From positions 67,273 to 131,272 of the forward strand of contig JALONQ010000003.1 in the NCBI GenBank assembly GCA_025454835.1: a stretch of DNA of 64,000 bases, given 5' to 3'. The notes beneath the pieces were generated by a model that saw nothing but the letters and a program-made list of their open reading frames with translations, was not told the DNA's origin and did no database searches. The stretch's first letter is position 1, and every line of letters begins with the position of its first letter. Below are positions 40,653 to 50,380 of this stretch, one piece after another. The translations under genes and the position numbers were made by a program. Source of the DNA: Bacteroidota bacterium (GTDB lineage Bacteria > Bacteroidota > Ignavibacteria > UBA10030).

Positions 40653-41920
40653 GGCGCGCGATCGTCATCGGCGTCTTGTGTGTCGCGGCCGTGGTCGCCG
40701 CAACGTCACAGGCCAAGATCCTGATCCCCATGGACCTGGCGCAAACCAATCATCTCAAGGCGTACGGCGTTGCCTTCTGGGTGCTGGAGAAAGGGGGACA
40801 GGTCGACTGGCTCCTGAACTACCGCGGAGGGTCGTTCCTGATCGACCTGGCGGAACCGGTGGCACGCGAATGCCGCATCCGCGGCGTGGCGTTTGAGCAG
40901 ATCTCCTCGGGGCAGGCCGCACAGGTGTTCGCCGACGTGCAGCGCGATGAAGCGAACACCGACATCGTACGGCTGGAGAAAGCGCCGAAGATCGCGGTCT
41001 ACGTCCCCCCCAATTTCAAGCCATGGGACGATGCGGTGACATTGGCGCTCGAGTATGCGGAGGTGCCATACACCAAGGTGTGGGATGAAGAGGTGCTGTC
41101 GGGCAAGCTGGCGGAATACGACTGGCTTCACCTCCACCACGAGGATTTCACCGGCCAGTACGGAAAATTCTATGCCAACTTCCGGACGGCACAATGGTAC
41201 GTCGAACAGCAGGCGATGTTCGAGCGGGAAGCCCGGCGTCTGGGATATGCAAAGGTGTCCGATGAGAAGAAGGCCGTAGCGCGCGCGATCCGTGAGTTTG
41301 TCGGCAACGGTGGGTTCATGTTTGCCATGTGTTCGGCGACCGACTCATATGACATCGCGTTGGCTGCGGAGGGCGTCGATATCGTCGATGTGATGTTCGA
41401 CGGCGATCCGCCCGACCCGCAGGCAGCATCAAAGCTCGACTTTCGGAAGACGCTCGCGTTCGAAAACTTCGCGCTGGACATGAATCCGTACCGCTATGAG
41501 TATTCGGACATCGACCTGCCCCCGTCGGACCCGCCGCCGATCCGCGACCCGAACACCGACTACTTCACGCTCTTCGAGTTCTCCGCAAAGCACGACCCGG
41601 TCCCGACGATGCTGACACAGAACCACGTTTCGATCGTTAAAGGTTTCATGGGACAGACGACCGCGTTCCGCAGGAGCGCGATCAAGCGAACGGTGGTGGT
41701 GCTGGCGGAGCGGGATGGGACGGAAGAGGTGCGGTACCTCCACGGCAACTTCGGTCGCGGGACATTCACCTGGTACAGCGGCCACGACCCGGAGGATTAT
41801 CAGCACGCTGTCGGCGACCCTCCCACCGACCTCTCTCTCTATCGAACGTCGCCGGGATATCGACTGATCCTCAACAACATCCTGTTCCCGGCGGCGAAGA
41901 AGAAGCAGCAGAAGACCTGA
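40649..41920 (+). CDS. Exported class I glutamine-amidotransferase-like protein (often mislabelled asparagine synthetase B in Bacteroidota)
   Basis: Signal peptide, NHLKAYG, WLHLHHEDFTGQYGKFY, FAMCSATD, GHDPEDY. Confidence 0.8.
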   Translation: MRRAIVIGVLCVAAVVAATSQAKILIPMDLAQTNHLKAYGVAFWVLEKGGQVDWLLNYRGGSFLIDLAEPVARECRIRGVAFEQISSGQAAQVFADVQRDEANTDIVRLEKAPKIAVYVPPNFKPWDDAVTLALEYAEVPYTKVWDEEVLSGKLAEYDWLHLHHEDFTGQYGKFYANFRTAQWYVEQQAMFEREARRLGYAKVSDEKKAVARAIREFVGNGGFMFAMCSATDSYDIALAAEGVDIVDVMFDGDPPDPQAASKLDFRKTLAFENFALDMNPYRYEYSDIDLPPSDPPPIRDPNTDYFTLFEFSAKHDPVPTMLTQNHVSIVKGFMGQTTAFRRSAIKRTVVVLAERDGTEEVRYLHGNFGRGTFTWYSGHDPEDYQHAVGDPPTDLSLYRTSPGYRLILNNILFPAAKKKQQKT

Positions 41921-42621
41921 TGCGCACTGCCATCATCTCCGATATCCACGGCAACCTCGAGGCCCTCGAGGCGGTGTTGGCGTCCATCCGCTCTGAAGGA
42001 ATGGATCGCATCATCTGTCTGGGCGATATCGTTGGTTACGGTGCCGATCCCGGTCCCTGCATCGACCTCGTGCGGTCGGCTTGCGCATTCGCGGTCCTGG
42101 GAAACCACGATGCCGCCGCCGTTGACATCTCTCTGGCAGAACGGTTCTCGTCGCACGCGGCCGCGGCCATTATCTGGACGGGCACAAAGCTTTCGGCCGA
42201 GCATCTGCAGTATCTACGAGGACTTCCGTTGCTTCACGCCGAGTCAGACCGTCTGTATGTTCACGCCTCTCCCCTCGAGCCGGCGCTGTGGAACTACGTC
42301 TTCGATTCCATCGATGCGCGCGAAGCGTTGACAGAGGTCGACCGTGGCGTCTGCTTCATCGGCCACACCCATACTCCCGCATTGTTCCGCGACCGCAAAG
42401 CCGCCGGTCCGCTTCGTCGGGAGGAGTCGGCCATCATCAATGTCGGCAGCGTGGGCCAGCCGCGCGACGGAGCGCCCGAAGCCAGCTATGGTACCTTCGA
42501 CGATGACGCGTGGAGCTACCGCAACGTGCGCGTGCCGTACGACATCGACACGGCGGCAAAGAAGATCCGCGAGTCGGGGCTGCCCTCCCGGCTCGCGGAT
42601 CGGTTGTTCGTCGGTCGCTGA
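41920..42621 (+). CDS. Metallophosphoesterase
   Basis: DIHGN, GDIVGYG, GNHD, GHTH, NVGSVGQPRDG. Confidence 0.92.
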   Translation: MRTAIISDIHGNLEALEAVLASIRSEGMDRIICLGDIVGYGADPGPCIDLVRSACAFAVLGNHDAAAVDISLAERFSSHAAAAIIWTGTKLSAEHLQYLRGLPLLHAESDRLYVHASPLEPALWNYVFDSIDAREALTEVDRGVCFIGHTHTPALFRDRKAAGPLRREESAIINVGSVGQPRDGAPEASYGTFDDDAWSYRNVRVPYDIDTAAKKIRESGLPSRLADRLFVGR

Positions 42622-42625
42622 GCGA

Positions 42626-43459
42626 TCAGCGGCTGGCCAGAACGGCCATCATCTTCTCTTTCGGCATCGTCGAAGCGGCCGCACACAGCGTGCCGTTGTC
42701 CTCCCACATCACCACGTTGCCATCCGGATGCTGCGGGTCGGTGTACCAGCCGGTCCGCTCGATCGCTTCGCGCGCCGCCGTCGGCATCGTCAAGTGTGCC
42801 TTCTCGCCGATGGCTTCCTCTTTCCGCACCTGATAGACGTACAGCAGATCGTCTCCCATCTTGTAGACCACATGCGCAAGGCGCACGCCGTCGTATTCGT
42901 TCACGATGGCGCTGTAGCCGTCGCACCGCTCGATCGGACGCAGGATGACGAGGAACGGCATGTGCTGCGATTCGAGGTACGCGCTTACCTGCTCGGGCGA
43001 GCACGACGTGATCGCGGGCTTCACCTTGCCATCGCGGATCAGCTGGAAGTTGGTTGCCGTCTGCGTGATGACGTCGTTCGCGGCGGCATCACGGATGAGG
43101 TCGTCGTTGCGACCGATCGGGAACAGCAGGAAGGCGATGAGGACGGCGGCCAGACCGAATCCGACGACCGGCGCCGGCACACGGCCGAAGATCACCGACC
43201 AGAGATCGCGACGTTCAGCTCGTTGCGCGCTGCGGGCCTCGGCCCGGATGGCGTCCACGACACTGCGGCGCACGGCTTCGGGCGTCACAACGGGCGCGAC
43301 GGCGGAACGCAAAAGCGACCTGGTGGCCGACTCGAGTTCGAAGTCGCGGCGGCAGACCGTACACGAGCGAAGGTGGCCGTTGAACGCGGACACGTCCGCG
43401 TTAGAAAGACGGCCCTCCAGTGCGGGCCCGGCAAGTTCTTGAGCGTCAGAGCAATTCAC
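42626..43459 (-). CDS. Zinc-finger (ZAS) membrane-anchored anti-sigma factor
   Basis: HLRSCTVC (HxxxCxxC), one TM, extracytoplasmic domain; directly downstream of the ECF sigma. Confidence 0.85.
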   Translation of the reverse strand: MNCSDAQELAGPALEGRLSNADVSAFNGHLRSCTVCRRDFELESATRSLLRSAVAPVVTPEAVRRSVVDAIRAEARSAQRAERRDLWSVIFGRVPAPVVGFGLAAVLIAFLLFPIGRNDDLIRDAAANDVITQTATNFQLIRDGKVKPAITSCSPEQVSAYLESQHMPFLVILRPIERCDGYSAIVNEYDGVRLAHVVYKMGDDLLYVYQVRKEEAIGEKAHLTMPTAAREAIERTGWYTDPQHPDGNVVMWEDNGTLCAAASTMPKEKMMAVLASR

Positions 43460-43492
43460 AGCGTTATCCTGATCAAGTGGTCATCCACAGGT

Positions 43493-44101
43493 TTATTCTT
43501 CGTCGTCCGGTTCCCCGGACAGATATCCGTGCCCCTTGGCGTACGCGTGCAGGCGCGCTTGGAGCATCTTGCGTCCCCGATGCAGACGCGACCGGACCGT
43601 GCCGATTGGACAATTGAGGAACTCGGCGATCTCCTCGTAGGTCAATTCCTCGATGTCGCAGAGGATGACCACGGTGCGAAAGTCATCCGGCAATTCCTCA
43701 AGCGCGGTCGTGACCTCGTCGCCGAGCAGATTGCCGAACATCCGTTGCTGCAGATCGCTCGTCTCTTTCGAGTCGTCGCGGATGGAGTCGTAGAAGTTCT
43801 CGACGTCGCCGTAGTCGACCTTGTCGGGCTCCCGCGTCTCCTTCCGGTACCGGTTGATGTACGAGTTCTTCATGATGCGGAAGAGCCAGGCACGGATGTT
43901 CGTGCCCTTCTCGTACTTGTCCCAGAACCGGTAGGCCTTCAGGTAGGTCTCCTGAAGGAGGTCCTTTGCGTCGTCACGGTCTCCGGTGGTGCGAAGCGCG
44001 AAGTTGTAGAGGAGGTCCATATGAGGCATGGCCTCGGCCTCAAACTCCGCGTGCCGTTCGTTGCCGCCGGAGAGGATCGCTGTCAGAATCAGGGGTATCA
44101 T
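43493..44101 (-). CDS. ECF sigma-70 factor (SigH/SigR-like)
   Basis: DLLQETYLKAYR, GTNIRAWLFRI, YEEIAEFLNCPIGTVRSRLHRGR. Confidence 0.93.
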   Translation of the reverse strand: MIPLILTAILSGGNERHAEFEAEAMPHMDLLYNFALRTTGDRDDAKDLLQETYLKAYRFWDKYEKGTNIRAWLFRIMKNSYINRYRKETREPDKVDYGDVENFYDSIRDDSKETSDLQQRMFGNLLGDEVTTALEELPDDFRTVVILCDIEELTYEEIAEFLNCPIGTVRSRLHRGRKMLQARLHAYAKGHGYLSGEPDDEE

Positions 44102-44166
44102 GCGTTGGCCTTGTGAACTCCCCCAGCGGGCCACGTCCCGATTCTATCTGCAAGCCACAGACGGTT

Positions 44167-44192
44167 AACGGGAGCCTCGACGGGGAGGTTCC
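44167..44192 (-). promoter_or_regulatory. ECF autoregulatory promoter
   Basis: GGAAC-N17-CGTT upstream of the ECF sigma gene. Confidence 0.7.
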
Positions 44193-44306
44193 GTTCTCGC
44201 GATCCGCTGGTTCCGCAGGAACGGGGCTTCGGGGAGAGTATTCGAAAACTACTGAAAAGAGGGGCTTTCTGCAATTCTGGTGCGCTTGACAGTCGATCAG
44301 CGCAGC

Positions 44307-45545
44307 CTATTTGCGCGGAATGAGCGATTTGAGCTGTTCGGGCGTCAGGACCTTGTCGACCTTGACGACGAGTGAGTCGACCTCCGCTCCGCCCGCATCG
44401 TGGATCTCATAACCCGCATAGGTCCTCAGGTCGCCGATATCGACCACCGTCACACGGATCGTGGGCGAGTCACCGTTGTCGGTGATCTCGTCGATATTGA
44501 AGGCCACGTCGACGCGGGCCGCCGGGGCCTTCTGCGACGGACGGATGCGCGCGTTCGTGATCAAGAGGTCGCAGCCGAGCCGCATGTTGAACGCGAGCGA
44601 TTCGTAGGCAGCGAGGTCCGTCGTCGACCATGAACCGTCGGCGATACGGCGAAAAGCATCGAGCAGCGCCACGAAGTTCATGGCCCGCAGGTGCATCTTC
44701 TGGTTGTCACCCGGCCACCCGCCCGACTCGATGAGCACCGTGCTTGTCCCCCACCGCTGAATATTGTCGCCGAACGCGCGTGGTTCGAATGTGTCGTCCC
44801 ATTTTGCGATAGTCCCCGGGATCAGTTCCCCGAGCGTGGTCGCAATACCGGCCGCCACGTGCTTCGCCCGCGTTCGTACCTCGTTGTCAGCCCGGGTCTC
44901 GTCCACCGGAGGAGCGAGCAGGGCGATGGCCGTGAGTCGGCGCGTCGTCCCGACGGTGTAGCGTGGGTCCTGGTCGTGGAGATTGAACCCGAACGCCGGC
45001 TCGAAGCGGTCGCGCACGGTCTTGAGCGTGCGCGCCTCGGGCGTCTCGAGGGCCAGGGCGTCGCGGTTCATGTCGATCCGCTGTGCCGTGCGACGGATGA
45101 ACCGCTCCGCGCCGTCGGGGTTCAGCATCGGCATCATGAGAAGGGTGAGCCGCTCACGCACGAGCTTCACGAGCGGATGGTCAGGACTCCGATGGAACAG
45201 CGTCATAAGATCAACCAGCGCCATCGTAGCCGTCGGCTCATCGCCGTGCATCTGCGACCAGAGCAACACCCGGGTCGGGCCCGTGCCGTAGGTATAGAGG
45301 GTGATCGGCCGACCTTCGCCGGACAACCCCGCCTGTTCTGTCGATACGACGCCGGCCCGGACCATGGGGGCGAGCCAGCCATGGAGGTCGGTCTGAGTGA
45401 ACTTTCGCGAAGTGATCTCGCGGACACGGACCTGATCGTGAAGAATGACGAGATCCCGGGGAGTTGGTGCGGCGGTCTGAGCGGACATGGCGAACGGAAC
45501 GAGTGACAGAGCCAGGAGGAGCTTGCGGCGATTCGGCATGGTCAA
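44307..45545 (-). CDS. Exported M14 zinc carboxypeptidase
   Basis: HGDE, NPDG, DMNRD, NLHDQ, LIESGG. Confidence 0.9.
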   Translation of the reverse strand: MTMPNRRKLLLALSLVPFAMSAQTAAPTPRDLVILHDQVRVREITSRKFTQTDLHGWLAPMVRAGVVSTEQAGLSGEGRPITLYTYGTGPTRVLLWSQMHGDEPTATMALVDLMTLFHRSPDHPLVKLVRERLTLLMMPMLNPDGAERFIRRTAQRIDMNRDALALETPEARTLKTVRDRFEPAFGFNLHDQDPRYTVGTTRRLTAIALLAPPVDETRADNEVRTRAKHVAAGIATTLGELIPGTIAKWDDTFEPRAFGDNIQRWGTSTVLIESGGWPGDNQKMHLRAMNFVALLDAFRRIADGSWSTTDLAAYESLAFNMRLGCDLLITNARIRPSQKAPAARVDVAFNIDEITDNGDSPTIRVTVVDIGDLRTYAGYEIHDAGGAEVDSLVVKVDKVLTPEQLKSLIPRK

Positions 45546-46060
45546 TCCATGTTCAATTTCTTCAGCTTCGGTCGAATGACGAACATGCAGTATGGCGCGG
45601 CGGAATGGTTGCGGTAGTACTGTTGATGATAGTCCTCGGCCGGATAGAAACGGTCCAGGGGCGCGATCTCGGTGACGATCGGGTCGGCAAAGTCTTTCTG
45701 CGCTTCAGCCTTCGACCGCTCGGCGGCGCTCTTCTGCGCGCTGGAGTGCGTGAAGATGGCCGAGCGGTATTGGGTGCCGACGTCGGCCCCCTGACGATTC
45801 AGAGTGGTCGGGTCGTGGGCCCTCCAAAACCAACCGAGCAGTTGCTCGTAGGAGATCTTCGAAGCGTCGAAGGTGATCTGCGCGACCTCCGCATGTCCGG
45901 TCGTGCCGTCGCAGACCTGTTCGTAGGTCGGGTCGGGCACATGTCCCCCGGCGTATCCTGAAACCACCTTCAAGACGCCCGGGATCTGTTCATACACCGC
46001 TTCGACGCACCAGAAACATCCACCCCCCAACGTCGCCAATTCTGTCGTTCCAGCAGTCAT
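45542..46060 (-). CDS. msrA: Peptide methionine sulfoxide reductase MsrA
   Basis: GGGCFWC, AEDYHQQY; GAGGAG before ATG 46060. Confidence 0.96.
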   Translation of the reverse strand: MTAGTTELATLGGGCFWCVEAVYEQIPGVLKVVSGYAGGHVPDPTYEQVCDGTTGHAEVAQITFDASKISYEQLLGWFWRAHDPTTLNRQGADVGTQYRSAIFTHSSAQKSAAERSKAEAQKDFADPIVTEIAPLDRFYPAEDYHQQYYRNHSAAPYCMFVIRPKLKKLNMD

Positions 46061-46083
46061 CGCACGGCTCCTCTCAGGCACAT

Positions 46084-47619
46084 CTATCGTTTCTTTCTGA
46101 ACTCGAGTTCATCAAACCAGAAGTCATTGTTCGGCACGTTCATCTTCATCTCCGTCACGACGGCCCGTTCGTTCAGGACGAACTGCACCTTTCCGGCGCC
46201 GAACCACGGGAACGACTTCCGCCATTTCACTTCGAACACATCGAAGTGCCAGTGGGTAAGGTCGGCCACGAGGTCGGGATTAGGGAGCAGGCGCAACACG
46301 AGCTTTCCGTTCTCGATCGTGACGGTCGCGTCACCGTAGAGCGGTCCGCCGTACGTGCCGGCGTAGGCGGCCAGGGGTTTCGACGGCTTCGTGCCGGTGA
46401 TGCGCGTGCTGTCAGCGGAGAGGCGCTGATTCTTTTGGCGATCCTTGGCGTCGCGTTCTCTCTTGACCGCTTCCGTGATCCAGGTGGAGTCGACCGTGCC
46501 GAGATAGGCGTCGAGCACATGGCGGGTCGCGGCATCGGCGATGCCGGTCATGCCGTTCGTGAGAACGACGACGCCAAGCTTCAGGTCGGGGACGAGAAGA
46601 GTGTGCGAGAACATCCCGTCATAGCCGCCGCCGTGCTCGACGACGAGGTGGCCGCGATGATCGCGCAGGTCCCATCCGAGCCCATAGCCGCTGAAATTGG
46701 TGTGGGGGGCGCGCTCGCTCGGTCCGCCCACGACGAAATTGTTGTGCGGCGTCCACATGACACGCGACTGCGCTTCGCTCCAAATTCGGAGCGTATCCCA
46801 CTGTCCCCGGTTCAGCTGCAGGCGCATCCACTTTGCCATGTCGTCGACGCTCGAGATAATGCCTCCAGCCGCCGCCATGTTGTCCCAGTTGTACCAAGGA
46901 TAGGTCCGGATGACGCCGTTCTCTTCTCCGTGAGGCGTGGCGACATTCGTCTTGCTCTTGAGAGCGCTGATGGACAGCAGGGTGTTGTCCATGCCGATGG
47001 GCTTGAGGATCGTCCGGCGCAATGCATCCTCCCAGCTGCCGCCGGTCACCGCAGCGATCACTTCGCCGGCGGCGACGAACATGATGTTTGAATATCCATA
47101 GCCGGAGCGGAAGGGATAGGCCTGCTTGAGGTGGCGGGCCCGCTTGACGACCTCTTCACGGCTGTACGGCGTGCCGTACCAGACCAGATCGCCACCGAAG
47201 GTGCGCAACCCCACGCGGTGACTCAACAGGTCGCGAATGCGGACGTCGGCGCTGACGTAGGGGTCATAGACCTGGAAATACGGCAAATGCTGCTGGACCC
47301 GGTCGTTCCAGGACACCGTTCCCTGGTCTGCGAGGCTTGCCAGGATCGCGGCGGTGAAGGCCTTGGTGTTGGAGGCGATGGCAAACAGCGTGTGTTGGTC
47401 GACGGTTTCGGGCTTGCCAAGCTCGCGCACGCCGTAGCCTTTGGCAAGCACCACGGAGTTATCCTTGACGATGGCGACGGCCATACCGGGGACATTCCAC
47501 GCCGCACGCGCGGCGGAGAGCGAGGCATCGAGCGCCTCAACCCCGACCTGAGCCCCCGCCGGGATCCAAGCCAAGAGGAGCGGGATGAACAGGATCGTCA
47601 ACATTCGAGCGCGCGACAT
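46084..47619 (-). CDS. Exported serine hydrolase (beta-lactamase family) with DUF3471-like C-terminus
   Basis: SNTK (SxxK), YSN, HGG motifs; AYAGTYGGPLYG. Confidence 0.9.
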   Translation of the reverse strand: MSRARMLTILFIPLLLAWIPAGAQVGVEALDASLSAARAAWNVPGMAVAIVKDNSVVLAKGYGVRELGKPETVDQHTLFAIASNTKAFTAAILASLADQGTVSWNDRVQQHLPYFQVYDPYVSADVRIRDLLSHRVGLRTFGGDLVWYGTPYSREEVVKRARHLKQAYPFRSGYGYSNIMFVAAGEVIAAVTGGSWEDALRRTILKPIGMDNTLLSISALKSKTNVATPHGEENGVIRTYPWYNWDNMAAAGGIISSVDDMAKWMRLQLNRGQWDTLRIWSEAQSRVMWTPHNNFVVGGPSERAPHTNFSGYGLGWDLRDHRGHLVVEHGGGYDGMFSHTLLVPDLKLGVVVLTNGMTGIADAATRHVLDAYLGTVDSTWITEAVKRERDAKDRQKNQRLSADSTRITGTKPSKPLAAYAGTYGGPLYGDATVTIENGKLVLRLLPNPDLVADLTHWHFDVFEVKWRKSFPWFGAGKVQFVLNERAVVTEMKMNVPNNDFWFDELEFRKKR

Positions 47620-47681
47620 GGCAATCTCCGAACAACGTGTCCGCCAATATAGGAAAAAGTCGGGACCGGCCAGAAACACGA

Positions 47682-47702
47682 CAGGCGGCCACTGGCCGCC
47701 TG
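47682..47702 (-). terminator. Hairpin after the barrel gene
   Basis: CAGGCGGCC-ACT-GGCCGCCTG. Confidence 0.5.
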
Positions 47703-47729
47703 CGGTGAGCGCAATCGATGTCAAGGTGT

Positions 47730-49379
47730 TCAGAACGGACGAACGAACCGGAACGTCCACGTGCCGGGCCCCTTCTCCGTCGTGCGCCACGTGTAGGCGA
47801 TCCGGAAGCTGCCGCTCTGGTTGGCGAAACCGAAGCCCATGTTGTGCCGCAGTTCGCCCCAAGTGACCTTGCCGAATCCGTCCTGGAAGTCTGCCGTCGG
47901 AAGCGCCGTGCGCACAAAACCTGCGTCGGAGAGAACGAGGAAGTTGATCCCGCCAAACAGGTCCGACGGCCAGAAATCGAGATCGTCGAGAAAATTGCCG
48001 TCGACAATGTACTCCGCGTTCACGAGCAACAGCCGGTTGCCACGCTCTGACTTGAACCGGTACGCGTGAAGCGTTCCGAGTCCGCCGAGTTCAAAGTCGC
48101 GCTGCGGCGGCAGGAAACCCTCGGACGAACCGGCGCGCACGCGGAGATTCACGTTGTCATATCGGCCCAGCGGTTGGTAGCGCCGCACATCGAGGATATA
48201 CTCATTGAACGAAAAATCGCTGCCGGTCATCTTGCGGCCGAACTCACCCGTGGCCGTCATCGTCCAGCCTTCGGGCCCATGCGAAGTCTTCTCCACCGTC
48301 GTCAGCCCGATAGAGGCATTGACGCTCCGCATGTCTCCCTCGTCGATCGGAGGATTGATACGGAAGCGCTTGTCGCCGCCGAAGAGCGCCCAATCGGTCT
48401 TCAGTTGCAGCGAATCATACCGGTCGGCCGAGTAGCCGATGCGCACCTCCGTGCGGAGCTCGTTCCCCTGCGTCAGCCAGGCCACATGTCCGGTGACGCC
48501 TCGCCGGCTGAAGTAGTCCTGGAAATCCTCGTGAATGAAGAACGCCGCCGCAGAATTCTCGTTCGTGCTGACGATCCACCGGTCCTTCGTGTCGGTCAGG
48601 CTGTAGCCTTCAACCCCGATCTCAAAGATCTGGTCTCCTTCGGAGGACAAGTCGAATTGGCGGGCGAGGCCGAGGTTGTAGCGCCACGTGTGCGATTTGA
48701 AGCCCCAGCCGACCGACCCGAAGGCGGTCCAGTCGCGCCGACCGTCCCAGTAGTACTTCTTCTCAGACCGGACGCCGAGGAAGACCCCTTCCACGCGGTT
48801 GTAACGAACGACGGCGTTGTCGAAGTTGCCGAACTCAGACAGCCAGGGGGCGTCGAAGCTGGTACCCAGGCGCCGGAACCGGGAGCGGTCCGTGCGGTAT
48901 GAAGCGGTTCCGTTGCTGCGGTCCTCGTAGCCGTCGATGCGCCCGTCACCCGACTTCTCGATCCTGCCGTTGATGACGCGGGCATTTCCTGTCACGTGGC
49001 CGTTCTCGCGGACGTAGAGGTCGCCGCCGACCACGAGCACATCACCGTCCACCGTACCGTAGATCGTGAGGTTGCCGCCCTTCACCACGACGTCGCCGTC
49101 GACCTGTTCGTCGGCCTCGATCGTCGTGTGGCCGGTATGGGAGCGGGCGTAGTCTTCGGAGTTGATGTCGGCGGTGCGGACCGAACGCGAACGTTTGCGG
49201 TCGAGAGTGTCGTCCGCGGATGTGTCGAAGCCGCGGCCGAAGCGGTCGATGAGACGATCGATCTCTCGTTCCAGTCGGACGGTGAAGTCGTCATGGTCGA
49301 CGTCGCGCCGGCTTGATTGTGCGGTGGCGAGTGTCAGCGAGAAGAGGCCGAGGAGAACGGCAGAGCGGAGAGCGTTCAT
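47730..49379 (-). CDS. Outer-membrane protein: beta-helix (bactofilin-like) domain plus Omp85/DUF5686-like barrel
   Basis: Signal peptide; GDVVVKGGNLTIYGTVDGDVLVVGGDL repeats; RYNRVEG; LGGLGTL..Y.FK; terminal Phe. Confidence 0.75.
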   Translation of the reverse strand: MNALRSAVLLGLFSLTLATAQSSRRDVDHDDFTVRLEREIDRLIDRFGRGFDTSADDTLDRKRSRSVRTADINSEDYARSHTGHTTIEADEQVDGDVVVKGGNLTIYGTVDGDVLVVGGDLYVRENGHVTGNARVINGRIEKSGDGRIDGYEDRSNGTASYRTDRSRFRRLGTSFDAPWLSEFGNFDNAVVRYNRVEGVFLGVRSEKKYYWDGRRDWTAFGSVGWGFKSHTWRYNLGLARQFDLSSEGDQIFEIGVEGYSLTDTKDRWIVSTNENSAAAFFIHEDFQDYFSRRGVTGHVAWLTQGNELRTEVRIGYSADRYDSLQLKTDWALFGGDKRFRINPPIDEGDMRSVNASIGLTTVEKTSHGPEGWTMTATGEFGRKMTGSDFSFNEYILDVRRYQPLGRYDNVNLRVRAGSSEGFLPPQRDFELGGLGTLHAYRFKSERGNRLLLVNAEYIVDGNFLDDLDFWPSDLFGGINFLVLSDAGFVRTALPTADFQDGFGKVTWGELRHNMGFGFANQSGSFRIAYTWRTTEKGPGTWTFRFVRPF

Positions 49380-49416
49380 ACCGGTATCATTCAATGAGGT
49401 CGGATCCACCCGGAGA

Positions 49417-49443
49417 TACGGCATGAGAAGGGGGCTTGTTGCA
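49417..49443 (-). promoter_or_regulatory. ECF (SigW-like) promoter
   Basis: TGCAAC-N17-CGTA, 37 nt upstream of ATG 49379. Confidence 0.55.
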
Positions 49444-49501
49444 GTCCGGCAACAGAGGAAAATGCGTATATTCCTTGAATTGTCAACGTTGGAACACGCG
49501 C

Positions 49502-50257
49502 ATGGCACCCTCCACCCTCCGGCCGCTGAGCCTGCTCATCAATATCGACCACATTGCGACCCTTCGGAATGCCCGGAACGGGCGGATCCCCGACATCGTC
49601 GAAGCCGCGCACACGTGCCTCAAGGGGGGAGCAGACGGGGTCGTCTGTCACCTGCGGGAAGACCGGCGCCACATCCGTGACGAGGATGTTCGGAGGCTGC
49701 GACACGAGATCCGGACGAAACTCGACCTCGAGATGGCAGCCACGCCCGAGATCATCCGGATCGCGCTGCGGACGAAGCCGGACCTTGTGACGCTGGTTCC
49801 GGAGCGTCGGTATGAATTGACCACCGAAGGCGGTCTCGACGTCGCCCGACAGCTTCGGAAGATGAAGCAGGTGGTTGCCCGATTTCACGACCACGGGATC
49901 CCCGTGAGCTTGTTCGTGGACCCGGAACACCGGCAGCTCGACGCGTCCCGCTCGACGGGGGCCGAATGGGTCGAACTGCACACCGGCGACTATGCCGATG
50001 CGACGACGGCCAGACGGCGCGAGACGGAGTACCGCCGCTTGCGATCGGCGGCGGTCTACGCGCGAACGATCGGCCTCGGCGTGAACGCGGGCCACGGGTT
50101 GAACTACACGAACGTACAGCGCCTGGCGGCCTTGCCGGCCATCGGTGAGATGAGCATCGGCTACGCGATCATCGTGCGGGCGTTGAGCGTGGGATTGGAG
50201 ACGGCGGTGCGGGAGATGGTGTCGGTCGTGCAGAGGTCCAGGACAGCCCGGGGATGA
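49502..50257 (+). CDS. pdxJ: Pyridoxine 5'-phosphate synthase
   Basis: NIDHIATLRNAR, HLREDRRHI, TTEGGL, ELHTG, NAGHGL. Confidence 0.97.
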   Translation: MAPSTLRPLSLLINIDHIATLRNARNGRIPDIVEAAHTCLKGGADGVVCHLREDRRHIRDEDVRRLRHEIRTKLDLEMAATPEIIRIALRTKPDLVTLVPERRYELTTEGGLDVARQLRKMKQVVARFHDHGIPVSLFVDPEHRQLDASRSTGAEWVELHTGDYADATTARRRETEYRRLRSAAVYARTIGLGVNAGHGLNYTNVQRLAALPAIGEMSIGYAIIVRALSVGLETAVREMVSVVQRSRTARG

Positions 50258-50275
50258 ATGAAAAAAAAGAGAGAT

Positions 50276-50365
50276 CCACGAAGGCACACGAAGAAACACG
50301 AATTAATACGAAGAAATGATTCAGAAGTCGCGCGACACGAATATGAACATTCGTGACTCTTCGTG
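50276..50365. repeat. 10-bp-period CACGAA repeat with inverted TTCGTG arm
   Basis: CACGAAGGCA CACGAAGAAA CACGAATTAA TACGAAGAAA ... TTCGTGACTC TTCGTG. Confidence 0.8.
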
Positions 50366-50380
50366 AAGGTCAATGCGCGA

